Shown: positions 9,345 through 18,431 of the stretch, one piece after another | How the letters are laid out: each line of letters begins with the position of its first letter | Numbering within the stretch: position 1 is the first letter of the stretch | From: Bacteroidota bacterium | GTDB lineage: Bacteria > Bacteroidota > Bacteroidia > Cytophagales > Microscillaceae | NCBI GenBank assembly: GCA_004292795.1 | Contig: RDXI01000018.1 | Coordinates: 1 to 51,913, forward strand | DNA: 51,913 bases | Direction of reading: 5' to 3' | Notes under the pieces: model-generated | Database searches by the model: none | What the model saw: only the letters and a program-made list of their open reading frames with translations | What the model was told of the DNA's origin: nothing | Made by a program: the position numbers and the translations under genes

Positions 9345-9382
9345 TACCCTTACAAGGGTATTTTTATACCCTTGTAAGGGTA
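9345..9382. promoter_or_regulatory. Two adjacent perfect 16-bp palindromes (TACCCTTACAAGGGTA and TACCCTTGTAAGGGTA) spaced 22 bp apart. This is a candidate operator in a divergent intergenic region.
   Basis: Perfect dyad symmetry seen directly in the sequence. The site lies between the lipoprotein gene (minus strand) and the DJ-1 gene (plus strand). Confidence 0.45.
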
Positions 9383-9545
9383 TTTTTAAAATTCAAATTT
9401 GTTGTAAAAAATTGATTATGAGGCGTTTATGATTTTTTGTTAAAAATGGCTGTTTTGACTTTTCAAAGCCTTTTGCATACCTTTGTTGCAGAAATACATA
9501 TAAAAAAACTCTAAAAATATATTTTTTTATACAAAAAACCCTATT

Positions 9546-10292
9546 ATGACAGACGATAAGAAACTCATTGTAGCCTTCCCGCTCTATCCCGGTTGCACCC
9601 TTGTAGATTTCGCAGGGGCTACTCAAATTTTTGCCGCGCCCTCCAGTGGCTTCAAACCAGTTTGGTTAGCTAAAACCTGCGAGCCTGTAGAAACCTCTGA
9701 TGGGGTTTCTGTAATGCCTAATGCTACCTTTGATGATTACATGAAAAAAAAGGAAGAGAAGGAAAAAATAGCTGTAGTATTCGTACCCGGAGGAGAATAT
9801 GAAGGAGTGGCTAAGGCTATGGCAGACGAAGCACTCCTGCAATTTCTTCACAATACAGCCTCGCCTGATACCTGGACAGGCTCAGTGTGTACGGGAGCGT
9901 TTATTTTGGCAGCTGCAGGAATTTTGCATGACTGTGAAGCTACTACTCATTGGGCGGCAATTCCTGTACTCCAAATGTTGTCTGAAAAACTAAAACTAAC
10001 AATACCAGAGGGCTATCCGCGTGGCGTGGCAAAACACAGGCATAAACCTTTTACAGGTGGAGGCATTTCATCATCTTTAGACCTTGCTTTAGAGATTGTG
10101 ATTGCACTCAAAGACAGAGAACACGCAGAAAAATCGCAACTGTTAGCTCAATATCAACCTGATCCGCCTACTTGTGCTGGAGACCCCAATCACGCGCCTG
10201 CCGAGATGGTAGAAGCCATGCGCCAAGCTGGGAAAGCATCACAAGAAATTTTAGTAAAAGCCGTCAATAAATTACTTAATTCTCATTCATAA
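9546..10292 (+). CDS. DJ-1/PfpI family protein (class I glutamine amidotransferase-like fold)
   Basis: Nucleophile-elbow context SVCTGAFILAAAG with a following His (TTHW). Length 248 aa. Confidence 0.75.
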   Translation: MTDDKKLIVAFPLYPGCTLVDFAGATQIFAAPSSGFKPVWLAKTCEPVETSDGVSVMPNATFDDYMKKKEEKEKIAVVFVPGGEYEGVAKAMADEALLQFLHNTASPDTWTGSVCTGAFILAAAGILHDCEATTHWAAIPVLQMLSEKLKLTIPEGYPRGVAKHRHKPFTGGGISSSLDLALEIVIALKDREHAEKSQLLAQYQPDPPTCAGDPNHAPAEMVEAMRQAGKASQEILVKAVNKLLNSHS

Positions 10293-10296
10293 AAAT

Positions 10297-10722
10297 ATGC
10301 AAAATATAGTACAAAGCGTTGCTTCTGGTACTTGGACGTACCGAAGCCTGCTAAACAATCCTGATTTATCGGCTGATTTTGACTCGCTTAAGTTTGGAAA
10401 GGCTAACCTATTCATTGAAACATCTGCTGATGGCAAACTTTCAGGGAGAATTTATGATACAGGTTGGGAGCTTGAACTAACAGGTTCTATCCAATATGGC
10501 TCTCCTGCCACGCTTTGGTTTCAAGGCAAGGGTATGGTTGATGGTTCGCTATGGGTGTATGATTATTTGTGCTATGTGGTGCCACACATTCCAAATGGTG
10601 TGCAACAAATCCCTGCTTTAGTTGGTAGTATCACACGTGTCGTACCACATCCCAATGGCAATGGTGGGACAAGCCCTGCTGGTGTAGTGTGTTCTTTTTA
10701 TGCGGTATTGCAAAATAGTTAG
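10297..10722 (+). CDS. Hypothetical protein (141 aa)
   Basis: ORF lies 4 bp downstream of the DJ-1 gene, so it is likely co-transcribed. No recognisable motifs. Confidence 0.45.
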   Translation: MQNIVQSVASGTWTYRSLLNNPDLSADFDSLKFGKANLFIETSADGKLSGRIYDTGWELELTGSIQYGSPATLWFQGKGMVDGSLWVYDYLCYVVPHIPNGVQQIPALVGSITRVVPHPNGNGGTSPAGVVCSFYAVLQNS

Positions 10723-10777
10723 TTTGGAATCATTAGGAGAACAGCTTGCACAGAGCGAGTGTTTCTTTGGACTACAT

Positions 10778-10840
10778 TTTTGAAAATTAGCTTGCCTACC
10801 CAATGCTGTACGCGCTCAAGCCTACAGGGGTAGGCAAGTT
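10778..10840. repeat. Dispersed ~60-bp repeat, copy B
   Basis: See copy A. This copy contains an in-frame ATG at 10803 that the ORF track used as a start. Confidence 0.8.
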
Positions 10841-10871
10841 GCAAAATCAGCCAAAATTACTACTTTTGTGT

Positions 10872-11309
10872 ATGCAAAAACTACTTTTGTTCCTTCTGCT
10901 TGCTTGCCTCTCGCCTGCTTTGGTAGGCAAGCCACTAACCTTGCCTACAGATACTATAAACAACCATCAAATTTATTTGAATAAAAAGCCTCTTTTGTTT
11001 GCCAATGCAAACATGAAAAAAGAGGAGCTAACAATATCGTTGGCAAAGAAAAGCCTCAAAAATACGGATAAGCTTGAAGTGGTCTATGGTACTTGCACGC
11101 GAAGCTATGAAAAACATCAGCTATCTTTGAAAAACGCACAAGGTAAGACAGTTTGGAAAACTTCCACACACATACACCAAAATCCCTGTTTCCGTTTTGC
11201 TACAATCCAAAGAAAAGGAAGTGAGCTTATATTTCGGGAAAGTGTTTTTAGCCAAAATAACCCTGCGTTGAGCCTTTCTTGCCTGCGTTTTGGGGTAGGC
11301 AAGTTGTGA
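10872..11309 (+). CDS. Hypothetical small secreted protein
   Basis: Start set at the Met that precedes a hydrophobic signal-like segment (MQKLLLFLLLACLSPALVG). The upstream extension to 10803 lies inside the repeat. Confidence 0.4.
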   Translation: MQKLLLFLLLACLSPALVGKPLTLPTDTINNHQIYLNKKPLLFANANMKKEELTISLAKKSLKNTDKLEVVYGTCTRSYEKHQLSLKNAQGKTVWKTSTHIHQNPCFRFATIQRKGSELIFRESVFSQNNPALSLSCLRFGVGKL

Positions 11310-11338
11310 AATCTATAAAAAGTCACTAACTTTGGAGT

Positions 11339-11968
11339 ATGAAACCCTTTGAAAAGTGGAAAACTGAAGAAGTAGAAACCGTCTTTGGTATGTGGCTTGC
11401 CTACCAACAACCCTTAGATGCTGAAGAAACCAAAGTTTCGGAACGCTTGAGGACGCGTTTACAGAGCTTTGCAGATTTTTGGAACGAAGAGGACATCAAA
11501 GTTTTTTTCTTGATGCCTTTGATTGATGTTGTAAATTTTTACGACACAAGCTATCGCACTTTCATGGAAACGACCTTTCAGGCAACCCTTACAGATGCAC
11601 AAAATAATCCTTGCACCTTGCGCGGAAGGGTGGAAATGTTGGTGGCTATGGGCAAACAAGACCCCAAAACGCCTTTTTTCTTCCTGAATGAGTATAAACC
11701 ACAAATCAAAGCGCAATCAGACCCCAAAGGGCAACTTTTGAGTGCTATGGTGGCGGCACAAGCCCTGAACAACGGACATAATTTCCCTGTATATGGGCTT
11801 TATAACATTAGGCAAAACCTCTATTTTGTGATTTTGGTAGGCAAGGAATATACTGTTAGCCCACAATTCAATGCCATGAATAGGCAAGAGTTAGACCATA
11901 CTATCAATATGCTTCGGTTTGTGAAAAAAGAAATTGAGGGTTTTGTAAAAATTTTGTTGAAGAAGTAA
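11339..11968 (+). CDS. Hypothetical protein (209 aa)
   Basis: ORF only. A weak D...ExK pattern (FFFLNEYKP) hints at a nuclease-like fold, but this is not convincing. Confidence 0.4.
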   Translation: MKPFEKWKTEEVETVFGMWLAYQQPLDAEETKVSERLRTRLQSFADFWNEEDIKVFFLMPLIDVVNFYDTSYRTFMETTFQATLTDAQNNPCTLRGRVEMLVAMGKQDPKTPFFFLNEYKPQIKAQSDPKGQLLSAMVAAQALNNGHNFPVYGLYNIRQNLYFVILVGKEYTVSPQFNAMNRQELDHTINMLRFVKKEIEGFVKILLKK

Positions 11969-11992
11969 TTGATTTTCAAATAATTAAACTAT

Positions 11993-12544
11993 ATGCTTAC
12001 CACCCAAGAATTTTCTGATTTTGTATTTCAAATTGTCGACCTGCTGTATGGCGAACAAATAGAGCAAGCAAGAACATTGTTACAAGAAAAATGCTTGAAT
12101 GTAGGCTTGCCTACATCTGGAGAGGCTATTGAGAATGTTTTACTTACTGTTTCAAGTAATTTTAAAAACTTAGAAACACGTATGAGAAAAACTTATGAAA
12201 TGGAAAAATTAGAAATAGAACTTAACGAAATAGAGGCGAAAAAAGCTACAAGCATTCTCGCAAAATTGGGGGTACATGTATTGAGCAAAAGAGAAAAAAC
12301 TATTATAGCTATACTCGAGGAACATCGAGCCAATATTGCGGAACAACGTGATTTATTAGAACTGAACAAACATGAACACAAAACTACAGCGCAACTTTTT
12401 GAAGATTTGCTTAAGGTGTTTCTTATTGAAATTGACAGAAAAAATTTGGATCATTGGATTGCTGAACAATATGCACGCCAAACTTACAATCAAATCTTGC
12501 ATCTCGATAGTAAAATCCATGCAAGACCTCATAATATGTTATGA
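11993..12544 (+). CDS. Hypothetical coiled-coil protein (183 aa)
   Basis: ORF with compositional bias typical of coiled coils. Confidence 0.4.
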   Translation: MLTTQEFSDFVFQIVDLLYGEQIEQARTLLQEKCLNVGLPTSGEAIENVLLTVSSNFKNLETRMRKTYEMEKLEIELNEIEAKKATSILAKLGVHVLSKREKTIIAILEEHRANIAEQRDLLELNKHEHKTTAQLFEDLLKVFLIEIDRKNLDHWIAEQYARQTYNQILHLDSKIHARPHNML

Positions 12545-12655
12545 GGCTAATGTTCAGATAACCTTTTGTGAGTAAATAAAACTCAACTTTATTCACTACT
12601 TCTGTTCGTTATTTGAAGTAGTAAGACAACATATCCGTATCAATCAAAGCCTCTT

Positions 12656-12922
12656 TCATAGTTCAAAATCAACTTTTTTGTTGAACATCTCATGAGTGGC
12701 ACGTTTGCCTTCTTGCAAACGCAACGCAAGTTCTTCGTCCTCGATGTCGTTCCACATACCCGCAAAGGTCGAAGAAGCCTCCGCATTGGCTTTTTTCTCT
12801 TCGGGAGTCATATTTCGAAGCCTCAAAAGGCGTAGGTACTCATCTATGTCAGAGAGCTTGTCGGTAGGCAAGAGACTCAAATGATGCAAGATGGATTGAT
12901 AGATTTGTTCGGTCTGGCGCAT
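12656..12922 (-). CDS. Hypothetical small acidic protein (88 aa from the internal ATG)
   Basis: ORF only. Confidence 0.3.
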   Translation of the reverse strand: MRQTEQIYQSILHHLSLLPTDKLSDIDEYLRLLRLRNMTPEEKKANAEASSTFAGMWNDIEDEELALRLQEGKRATHEMFNKKVDFEL

Positions 12923-13156
12923 AGAACAGGGGGGAATGTAAAGACAAAGATACATTTTTTTTTTGATAACGCAAAAGCGAGCCTTTTTTGTCTATTTGTA
13001 TATTCTTTTGCCCAATATCCCACAAGATAGGTCGTCTAATAGCCCTCAATGCTTGCAAAAACAACCAAAAAACACTAATTTTGGGGCGAAATAAACAAAA
13101 AGCCTGCACAGTTTCTTGTTTAGAAGATTGTTTTTAAACTTCTTACCGTTCTATAA

Positions 13157-16064
13157 ATGCCTCTCAAGTTAGACTTCGCGGACAGGTTCGAGCAACGTCA
13201 TCATGGCACACGCGCCCAAGACATTGCTGAAATGCTCCAAACCATTGGCGTACAAAGCCTTGACGAACTGATTGAAAAGACCGTTCCTGCGTCTATTCGC
13301 CTTCCCAAACCTATCAAGGTTACAGCCCCCAAAACAGAACAAGAATTTTTGGCTGATTTCAAGAAATTGGCAGGCAAGAACCAAGTGTTCAAATCGTTTA
13401 TAGGTATGGGCTATTATGATACGCACACGCCTAACGTTATTTTGCGCAATATCCTTGAAAATCCGGGTTGGTACACCGCCTACACGCCTTACCAAGCCGA
13501 AATAGCACAAGGTCGCCTCGAAGCCCTTATCAATTTCCAAACGATGGTTATGGATTTGACAGGTATGGAAATTGCCAATGCTTCCCTGCTTGACGAAGGC
13601 ACTGCGGCGGCTGAAGCTATGACCATGCTTCACAGCTTGCGCAAAGGCACACGCAAAAGTGCAGAAACGTTTTTTGTGTCGGAACTTTGCCACCCGCAAA
13701 CCATCGATGTACTAAAAACCCGCGCTACACCGCTTGGCATCAACCTATTGATAGGCAATCACGAAACTGTCGACCTTACCTCGCCTGAAATCTACGGCTT
13801 GCTTCTGCAATATCCTGCTACCAATGGCGAAGTATTCGACTACACGAACCTTATCGCCACAGCAAAAGAACTCGGCATTTTTACCGCAGTAGCGACTGAC
13901 TTGTTGGCTCTCACTATCTTGAAAGCACCCGCTGAAATGGGCGCAGACGTGGCAGTGGGTTCTGCACAACGCTTGGGCGTGCCTATGGGCTATGGCGGAC
14001 CTCACGCGGCATTTTTTGCTACCAAAGACGAATACAAGCGACAAATTCCCGGGCGCATTATTGGGGTTTCCATAGATGCAGAAGGCAACAAAGCTTACAG
14101 GATGGCGTTGCAAACCCGCGAACAGCACATCAGACGCGAAAAAGCTACTTCGAATATCTGTACTGCCCAAGTATTGCTTTCTGTGATGGCGAGTATGTAC
14201 GGCGTATATCACGGACCTAAAGGCTTGCGTACTATTGCGGAACGTGTGTATGGCTTGACGCAACTTACCAAACAAGGGCTTGAGAAATTGGGCTTCGAAA
14301 TTGAGAACAAATATTATTTCGATACCATCACGGTTGTCTTGCCTGCTGACAAAATAGAGGCATTGCGCAAATCAGCTGAAAAAGTACAGATAAACTTCCG
14401 CTATTATGCAGAAGCAGGCAAGGTAGGAATCAGCTTTGACGAAGCCAAAACTACTGATGATGTAAACGCTATTTTCAAACTCTTCACCGCAGTAGGTAAG
14501 GAGCAAACCACGAAAGAAAAAACTGCCTTCACGACCTACACAAAAAGCCTTGCCAAAAACATCGAAATTCGCTTGCCTGATGACCTTATCCGCACAAGTG
14601 ACTACATGACGCACCCTGTTTTCAATACGCACCACACCGAACACGCGATGTTGCGCTATATGAAGCAGTTGGAAAACAAAGATTTGTCGTTGGTACATTC
14701 GATGATTGCGCTCGGTTCTTGCACGATGAAACTGAACGCAACGGCAGAAATGATACCCGTAACGTGGCGCGAATTTGGAGGCATACACCCCTTCGCTCCT
14801 CGCACACAGGCGCAAGGCTATACTGAATTGTTTACCAATTTGGAGAAATGGTTGTGCGAAATCACAGGCTTTGCGGGAACGAGCTTGCAACCCAATTCGG
14901 GAGCGCAAGGCGAATACGCGGGCTTGATGGCTATTCGTGCTTACCTACAACACAAAGGCGAGTCCGCTTATTCCTTCTTCGGCACATGGCACAAACCCTG
15001 CGAGTGCTGTCATGGCAGGTATGCAAGTAATTGTAACGAAATGTGACGAACATGGCAATATCGACTTGGCTGACCTTCGCGCCAATGCCGAAAAATACAA
15101 AGATAACCTTGCCTGCTTGATGGTTACGTATCCCTCGACTCACGGAGTTTTTGAGGAAGCTATCCAAGAAATATGCTCGATGATACACGAGTTTGGCGGA
15201 CAGGTATATATGGACGGTGCGAACATGAACGCGCAAGTGGGGCTTACCTCGCCTGCTATGATTGGCGCAGACGTTTGTCATTTGAATTTGCACAAAACAT
15301 TTTGTATTCCGCATGGAGGCGGTGGTCCTGGTATGGGTCCTATTTGCGTAGCTTCGCATCTTGTGCCTTTCCTACCTCACCACGCTGTAGTGTCTTTCTC
15401 CAATAGCAAAGAAACAGCCGTTTCTGCCGCGCCTTGGGGCAGTGCAAGCATCTTGACTATCTCGTATGCCTACATAGCCATGATGGGAGGCGAGGGCTTA
15501 ACCAACGCTACCAAAATGGCAATCCTCAATGCCAATTACATCAAAAAACGCCTCGAAGGGCATTACAACGCGCTGTATGCAGGCAAGAATGGTACTTGCG
15601 CCCACGAATTTATAGCCGATTGCCGAGATTTCAAGGCGCAAGGCGTAGAAGTGGCAGACATGGCAAAACGTTTGATGGATTACGGTTTCCACGCGCCTAC
15701 GGTTTCCTTCCCTGTGGCAGGCACACTCATGATAGAACCTACCGAGAGCGAAGACCGCGCAGAATTGGATAGATTTTGCGAGGCTTTGATTGCCATTCGT
15801 GAAGAAATACGCGAAATAGAGGCAGGCAAGGCTGAAAAAGGCAACAACGTTATCGTAAACGCGCCTCATACGGCTTTGATGGTTACCGCTTCGAATTGGG
15901 AAAAACCCTACTCACGCGAAAAGGCGGCTTATCCCCTTCCTTACCTGCGCGTAGGCAAGTATTTCCCTGCTGTTGCCAAAATAGACAACGCATACGGGGA
16001 CCGCAATCTCGTTTGTGCGTGTATTCCTGTAGAGGAGTACGCGAGTGAGGAGGCTGTGGCGTAA
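13157..16064 (+). pseudogene. gcvP: Glycine dehydrogenase (decarboxylating), the glycine cleavage system P protein. It is disrupted and split into two overlapping ORFs (13157-15046 and 14937-16064).
   Basis: Full-length colinearity with GcvP across both ORFs: GMGYYDTHTPNVILRNILENPGWYTAYTPYQ, the PLP site [18 protein letters not shown], and the C-terminal [10 protein letters not shown]. The frame changes at about 14960-14972. About nine conserved residues are missing there; E. coli has RNEGHRDIC between ES and LIPASAHG. Confidence 0.8.
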
Positions 16065-16075
16065 CGAACTTTTTT

Positions 16076-16121
16076 AGGTTGTTTGTAGTTATTGTAAAAA
16101 GGCTACAGACAACCTTTTTTA
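16076..16121 (+). terminator. Terminator downstream of gcvP
   Basis: Stem aggttgtttgtag/ctacagacaacct with one mismatch, followed by tttttt. Confidence 0.55.
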
Positions 16122-16151
16122 TCTCTTTCTAACCTAAAAACAATCAATCCT

Positions 16152-17345
16152 ATGAAAGAAACTAACCATTTATTTGAAGGCGAAGAATTTGCGCTTAATA
16201 CTCCAAAGGGGAGCAATATCATTCAAATCTCTGATGAAGATATTAATCAAAAATACAGACGAGGTGAAATACGCATTGTTACAGAACAAGCGCGTTATCC
16301 CCTTGATAGTATTGAAACTATGTTAGATACTGGTAAATACATATTAAATCCTGAATATCAACGTAGAAAACGTTGGGATAATGTGAGAAAATCTCGCTTA
16401 ATTGAGTCGTTTATTATGAATGTCCCTATTCCCCCTGTTTTTTTGTATGAGGTGGATTATTCAAAATATGAAGTAATGGATGGGCAACAACGCCTTACCA
16501 CAATTTATGATTTTTATCAAGGTAAATTTGAATTAGAAGGATTGGAACTCTGGAGCGAGCTAAATGGTAAAACTTATCAAAACCTTCCTGAACAAGTAAA
16601 AGGAGGTATAGATAGGCGTTATCTTTCTTCTATTGTGTTATTAAGAGAAACAGCCAAAAATGATATAGAAGCAGAAGAATTAAAAAAAATGGTCTTTGAA
16701 AGACTAAACAGTGGCGGGGAAAAATTAACCCCACAAGAAACAAGAAATGCTATATACAATGGGAAATTTAATCAATTGTGTTTGCGATTAGCAAAAAGTG
16801 ATGCTTTTAGAAAAATGTGGGGCTTGCCATTGGAAAGTGATAGTGAGATTAAAAAATTAAAAAGCGAACCATATAGAAAAATGGAAGATGCAGAATTAGT
16901 TTTAAGATTTTTTGCTTATCGTCATGTAAATGAATTAGTTTCTCCAATAGATAAGTTCCTTGATGCTTTTTTAGATAGAGCTAATAGCTTTTCTGATAAA
17001 CTTATGCAAGAACTTGAAGACATATTTATAAAGACTATAGATTTAATATATGCTATTTTTGGAAAAGATGCGTTTCTTTTGCCTATTAAAGTTCTAAAAT
17101 ACAAAACACCTTCAAAAACTGTATATGATCCTATGATGCAAGCATTCTCTACAAATTTACAGCATAAAGATATTTTGTTAGCTAAATGTGATGAGGTGAG
17201 GCGAAAAAGGTATGAAGACACAGATGTTCTTTTTATATCAGATAGTAAGTATTTATTTGATGGAAGGAAAAATAACAGAAATGATGTAATAGAGCGTATA
17301 GAATATTTTGATAAATTTATCAAATCATTTATCGAAACAACATGA
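16152..17345 (+). CDS. DUF262 (ParB-like nuclease/NTPase superfamily) domain protein
   Basis: PEYQRRKRW and DGQQRLTT are the signature motifs of DUF262 (PF03235). It has no DUF1524/HNH C-terminal domain. The gene is AT-rich. Confidence 0.75.
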   Translation: MKETNHLFEGEEFALNTPKGSNIIQISDEDINQKYRRGEIRIVTEQARYPLDSIETMLDTGKYILNPEYQRRKRWDNVRKSRLIESFIMNVPIPPVFLYEVDYSKYEVMDGQQRLTTIYDFYQGKFELEGLELWSELNGKTYQNLPEQVKGGIDRRYLSSIVLLRETAKNDIEAEELKKMVFERLNSGGEKLTPQETRNAIYNGKFNQLCLRLAKSDAFRKMWGLPLESDSEIKKLKSEPYRKMEDAELVLRFFAYRHVNELVSPIDKFLDAFLDRANSFSDKLMQELEDIFIKTIDLIYAIFGKDAFLLPIKVLKYKTPSKTVYDPMMQAFSTNLQHKDILLAKCDEVRRKRYEDTDVLFISDSKYLFDGRKNNRNDVIERIEYFDKFIKSFIETT

Positions 17346-18178
17346 ACCAGTTTTCCCTTGACAAATTCAAAAACGAACTTTCTCAACTGCGTGCATACCT
17401 ACAACACATTCAAAACGTGAATGAAGTGATAGGTTATGCACCTGTGGAAACAGATAGCGAAGTTATAACTATGCTGATAGAAAAGTTAAGAAAACAAGAG
17501 TTTGATAGTAATTTTAGAATAAATAGAAAAACTTTTGAGTACAAAGCAGTTATTATATCGCTGTATGGTACTCTCGAAAGAACTATAGAAAATTGGGTAA
17601 AGGAATATCTTGATGCTTTGTCGGGTATTGTTACAGATTATGCTAAACTTCCTGATAAAATAAAAGATAACCACTTTAAAAATTCTCTTGAATTGATTAC
17701 CGATAAATTAAGCAAAAAAGACATAGCTCCAAAATACCAACATTTGAGAAAAGAGGAGGTTTTGAAAATACTGAATCAATGTGTAGAACAAGGGACAGAG
17801 TATAAATTTAATGCAGATGCTTTTTTATTATCTTCTGGGAATTTAAAACATGATAAAATAGCACCAATATTAGCAAATTTGGATATAGATTTGAAACAAA
17901 CTACTTTTCTAAAAGATAAATCTGAAAATGAAAAAAAAGCTATCTATGCTCTCATAGATGAACTTGTAGAAAGGCGTAATGAAGTAGCACATGGTTCTGA
18001 TAGTGTTATTGACAACTTATTAGAAGTATCTTTAATTGAAGAACATATCATCAACTTAGAGATTTATGTCAGTGCTATATTTGACATTCTCAATCAAAGG
18101 CTTATCCGTTTTGAAGCTGAGGAGTCAGGGGCTTTTTTTTTTAGTAAACATAGCGAAGGATACGGTTTGGCAACATAA
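17342..18178 (+). CDS. HEPN-domain protein (predicted RNase)
   Basis: Its start overlaps the DUF262 stop by 4 bp (ATGA). An Rx4H motif (ERRNEVAHG) lies near the C-terminus within an all-alpha context. A T10 run at 18133-18142 joins this frame to the downstream ORF 18066-18422. Confidence 0.55.
   Translation: MNQFSLDKFKNELSQLRAYLQHIQNVNEVIGYAPVETDSEVITMLIEKLRKQEFDSNFRINRKTFEYKAVIISLYGTLERTIENWVKEYLDALSGIVTDYAKLPDKIKDNHFKNSLELITDKLSKKDIAPKYQHLRKEEVLKILNQCVEQGTEYKFNADAFLLSSGNLKHDKIAPILANLDIDLKQTTFLKDKSENEKKAIYALIDELVERRNEVAHGSDSVIDNLLEVSLIEEHIINLEIYVSAIFDILNQRLIRFEAEESGAFFFSKHSEGYGLAT
18133..18142 (+). repeat. T10 homopolymer at the junction of the HEPN ORF and an out-of-frame downstream ORF
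   Basis: gggg-ctttttttttt-agt. A one-nucleotide slip would fuse the HEPN protein to about 95 extra residues (LVNIAKDTVWQHK...KNNQK). The downstream ORF has no start codon of its own. Confidence 0.7.
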
Positions 18179-18431
18179 AATTGTAGGCATTTTTTTAGAG
18201 GATTATACAGTCAAAATAGATGATTTCGTACTTATTGAAACACCTGATAAAGAATTTTTAAAAGAAAGGATAGTAGGAATAGGAACGGGGAGCGGTAAGG
18301 ATTTAAAGAAACATACAAATCTTTCTGTTATAGATAAAACAGAAGTAGCTATTATCGTCAATGCTCATCTAAGTAACAATGCAAAGTCCCATAAATTCTA
18401 TTTGAAAAACAATCAAAAATAGAATAAAACT

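Noticed and set aside
12960-13156. Glycine riboswitch upstream of gcvP
   Set aside because: No GGAGAG…CACCGAAGG…CTCTGGAGAG-like tandem aptamer core is visible. The region is AT-rich simple sequence.
14937-15046. Programmed +1/-1 ribosomal frameshift in gcvP
   Set aside because: About nine conserved residues are missing at the junction, which indicates a deletion or assembly gap rather than a slip site. No slippery heptamer is present.
18066-18422. Independent 118-aa gene
   Set aside because: There is no start codon after the upstream HEPN stop. The first 37 codons overlap the HEPN gene out of frame. It is better explained as a frameshift-accessible extension through the T10 tract.
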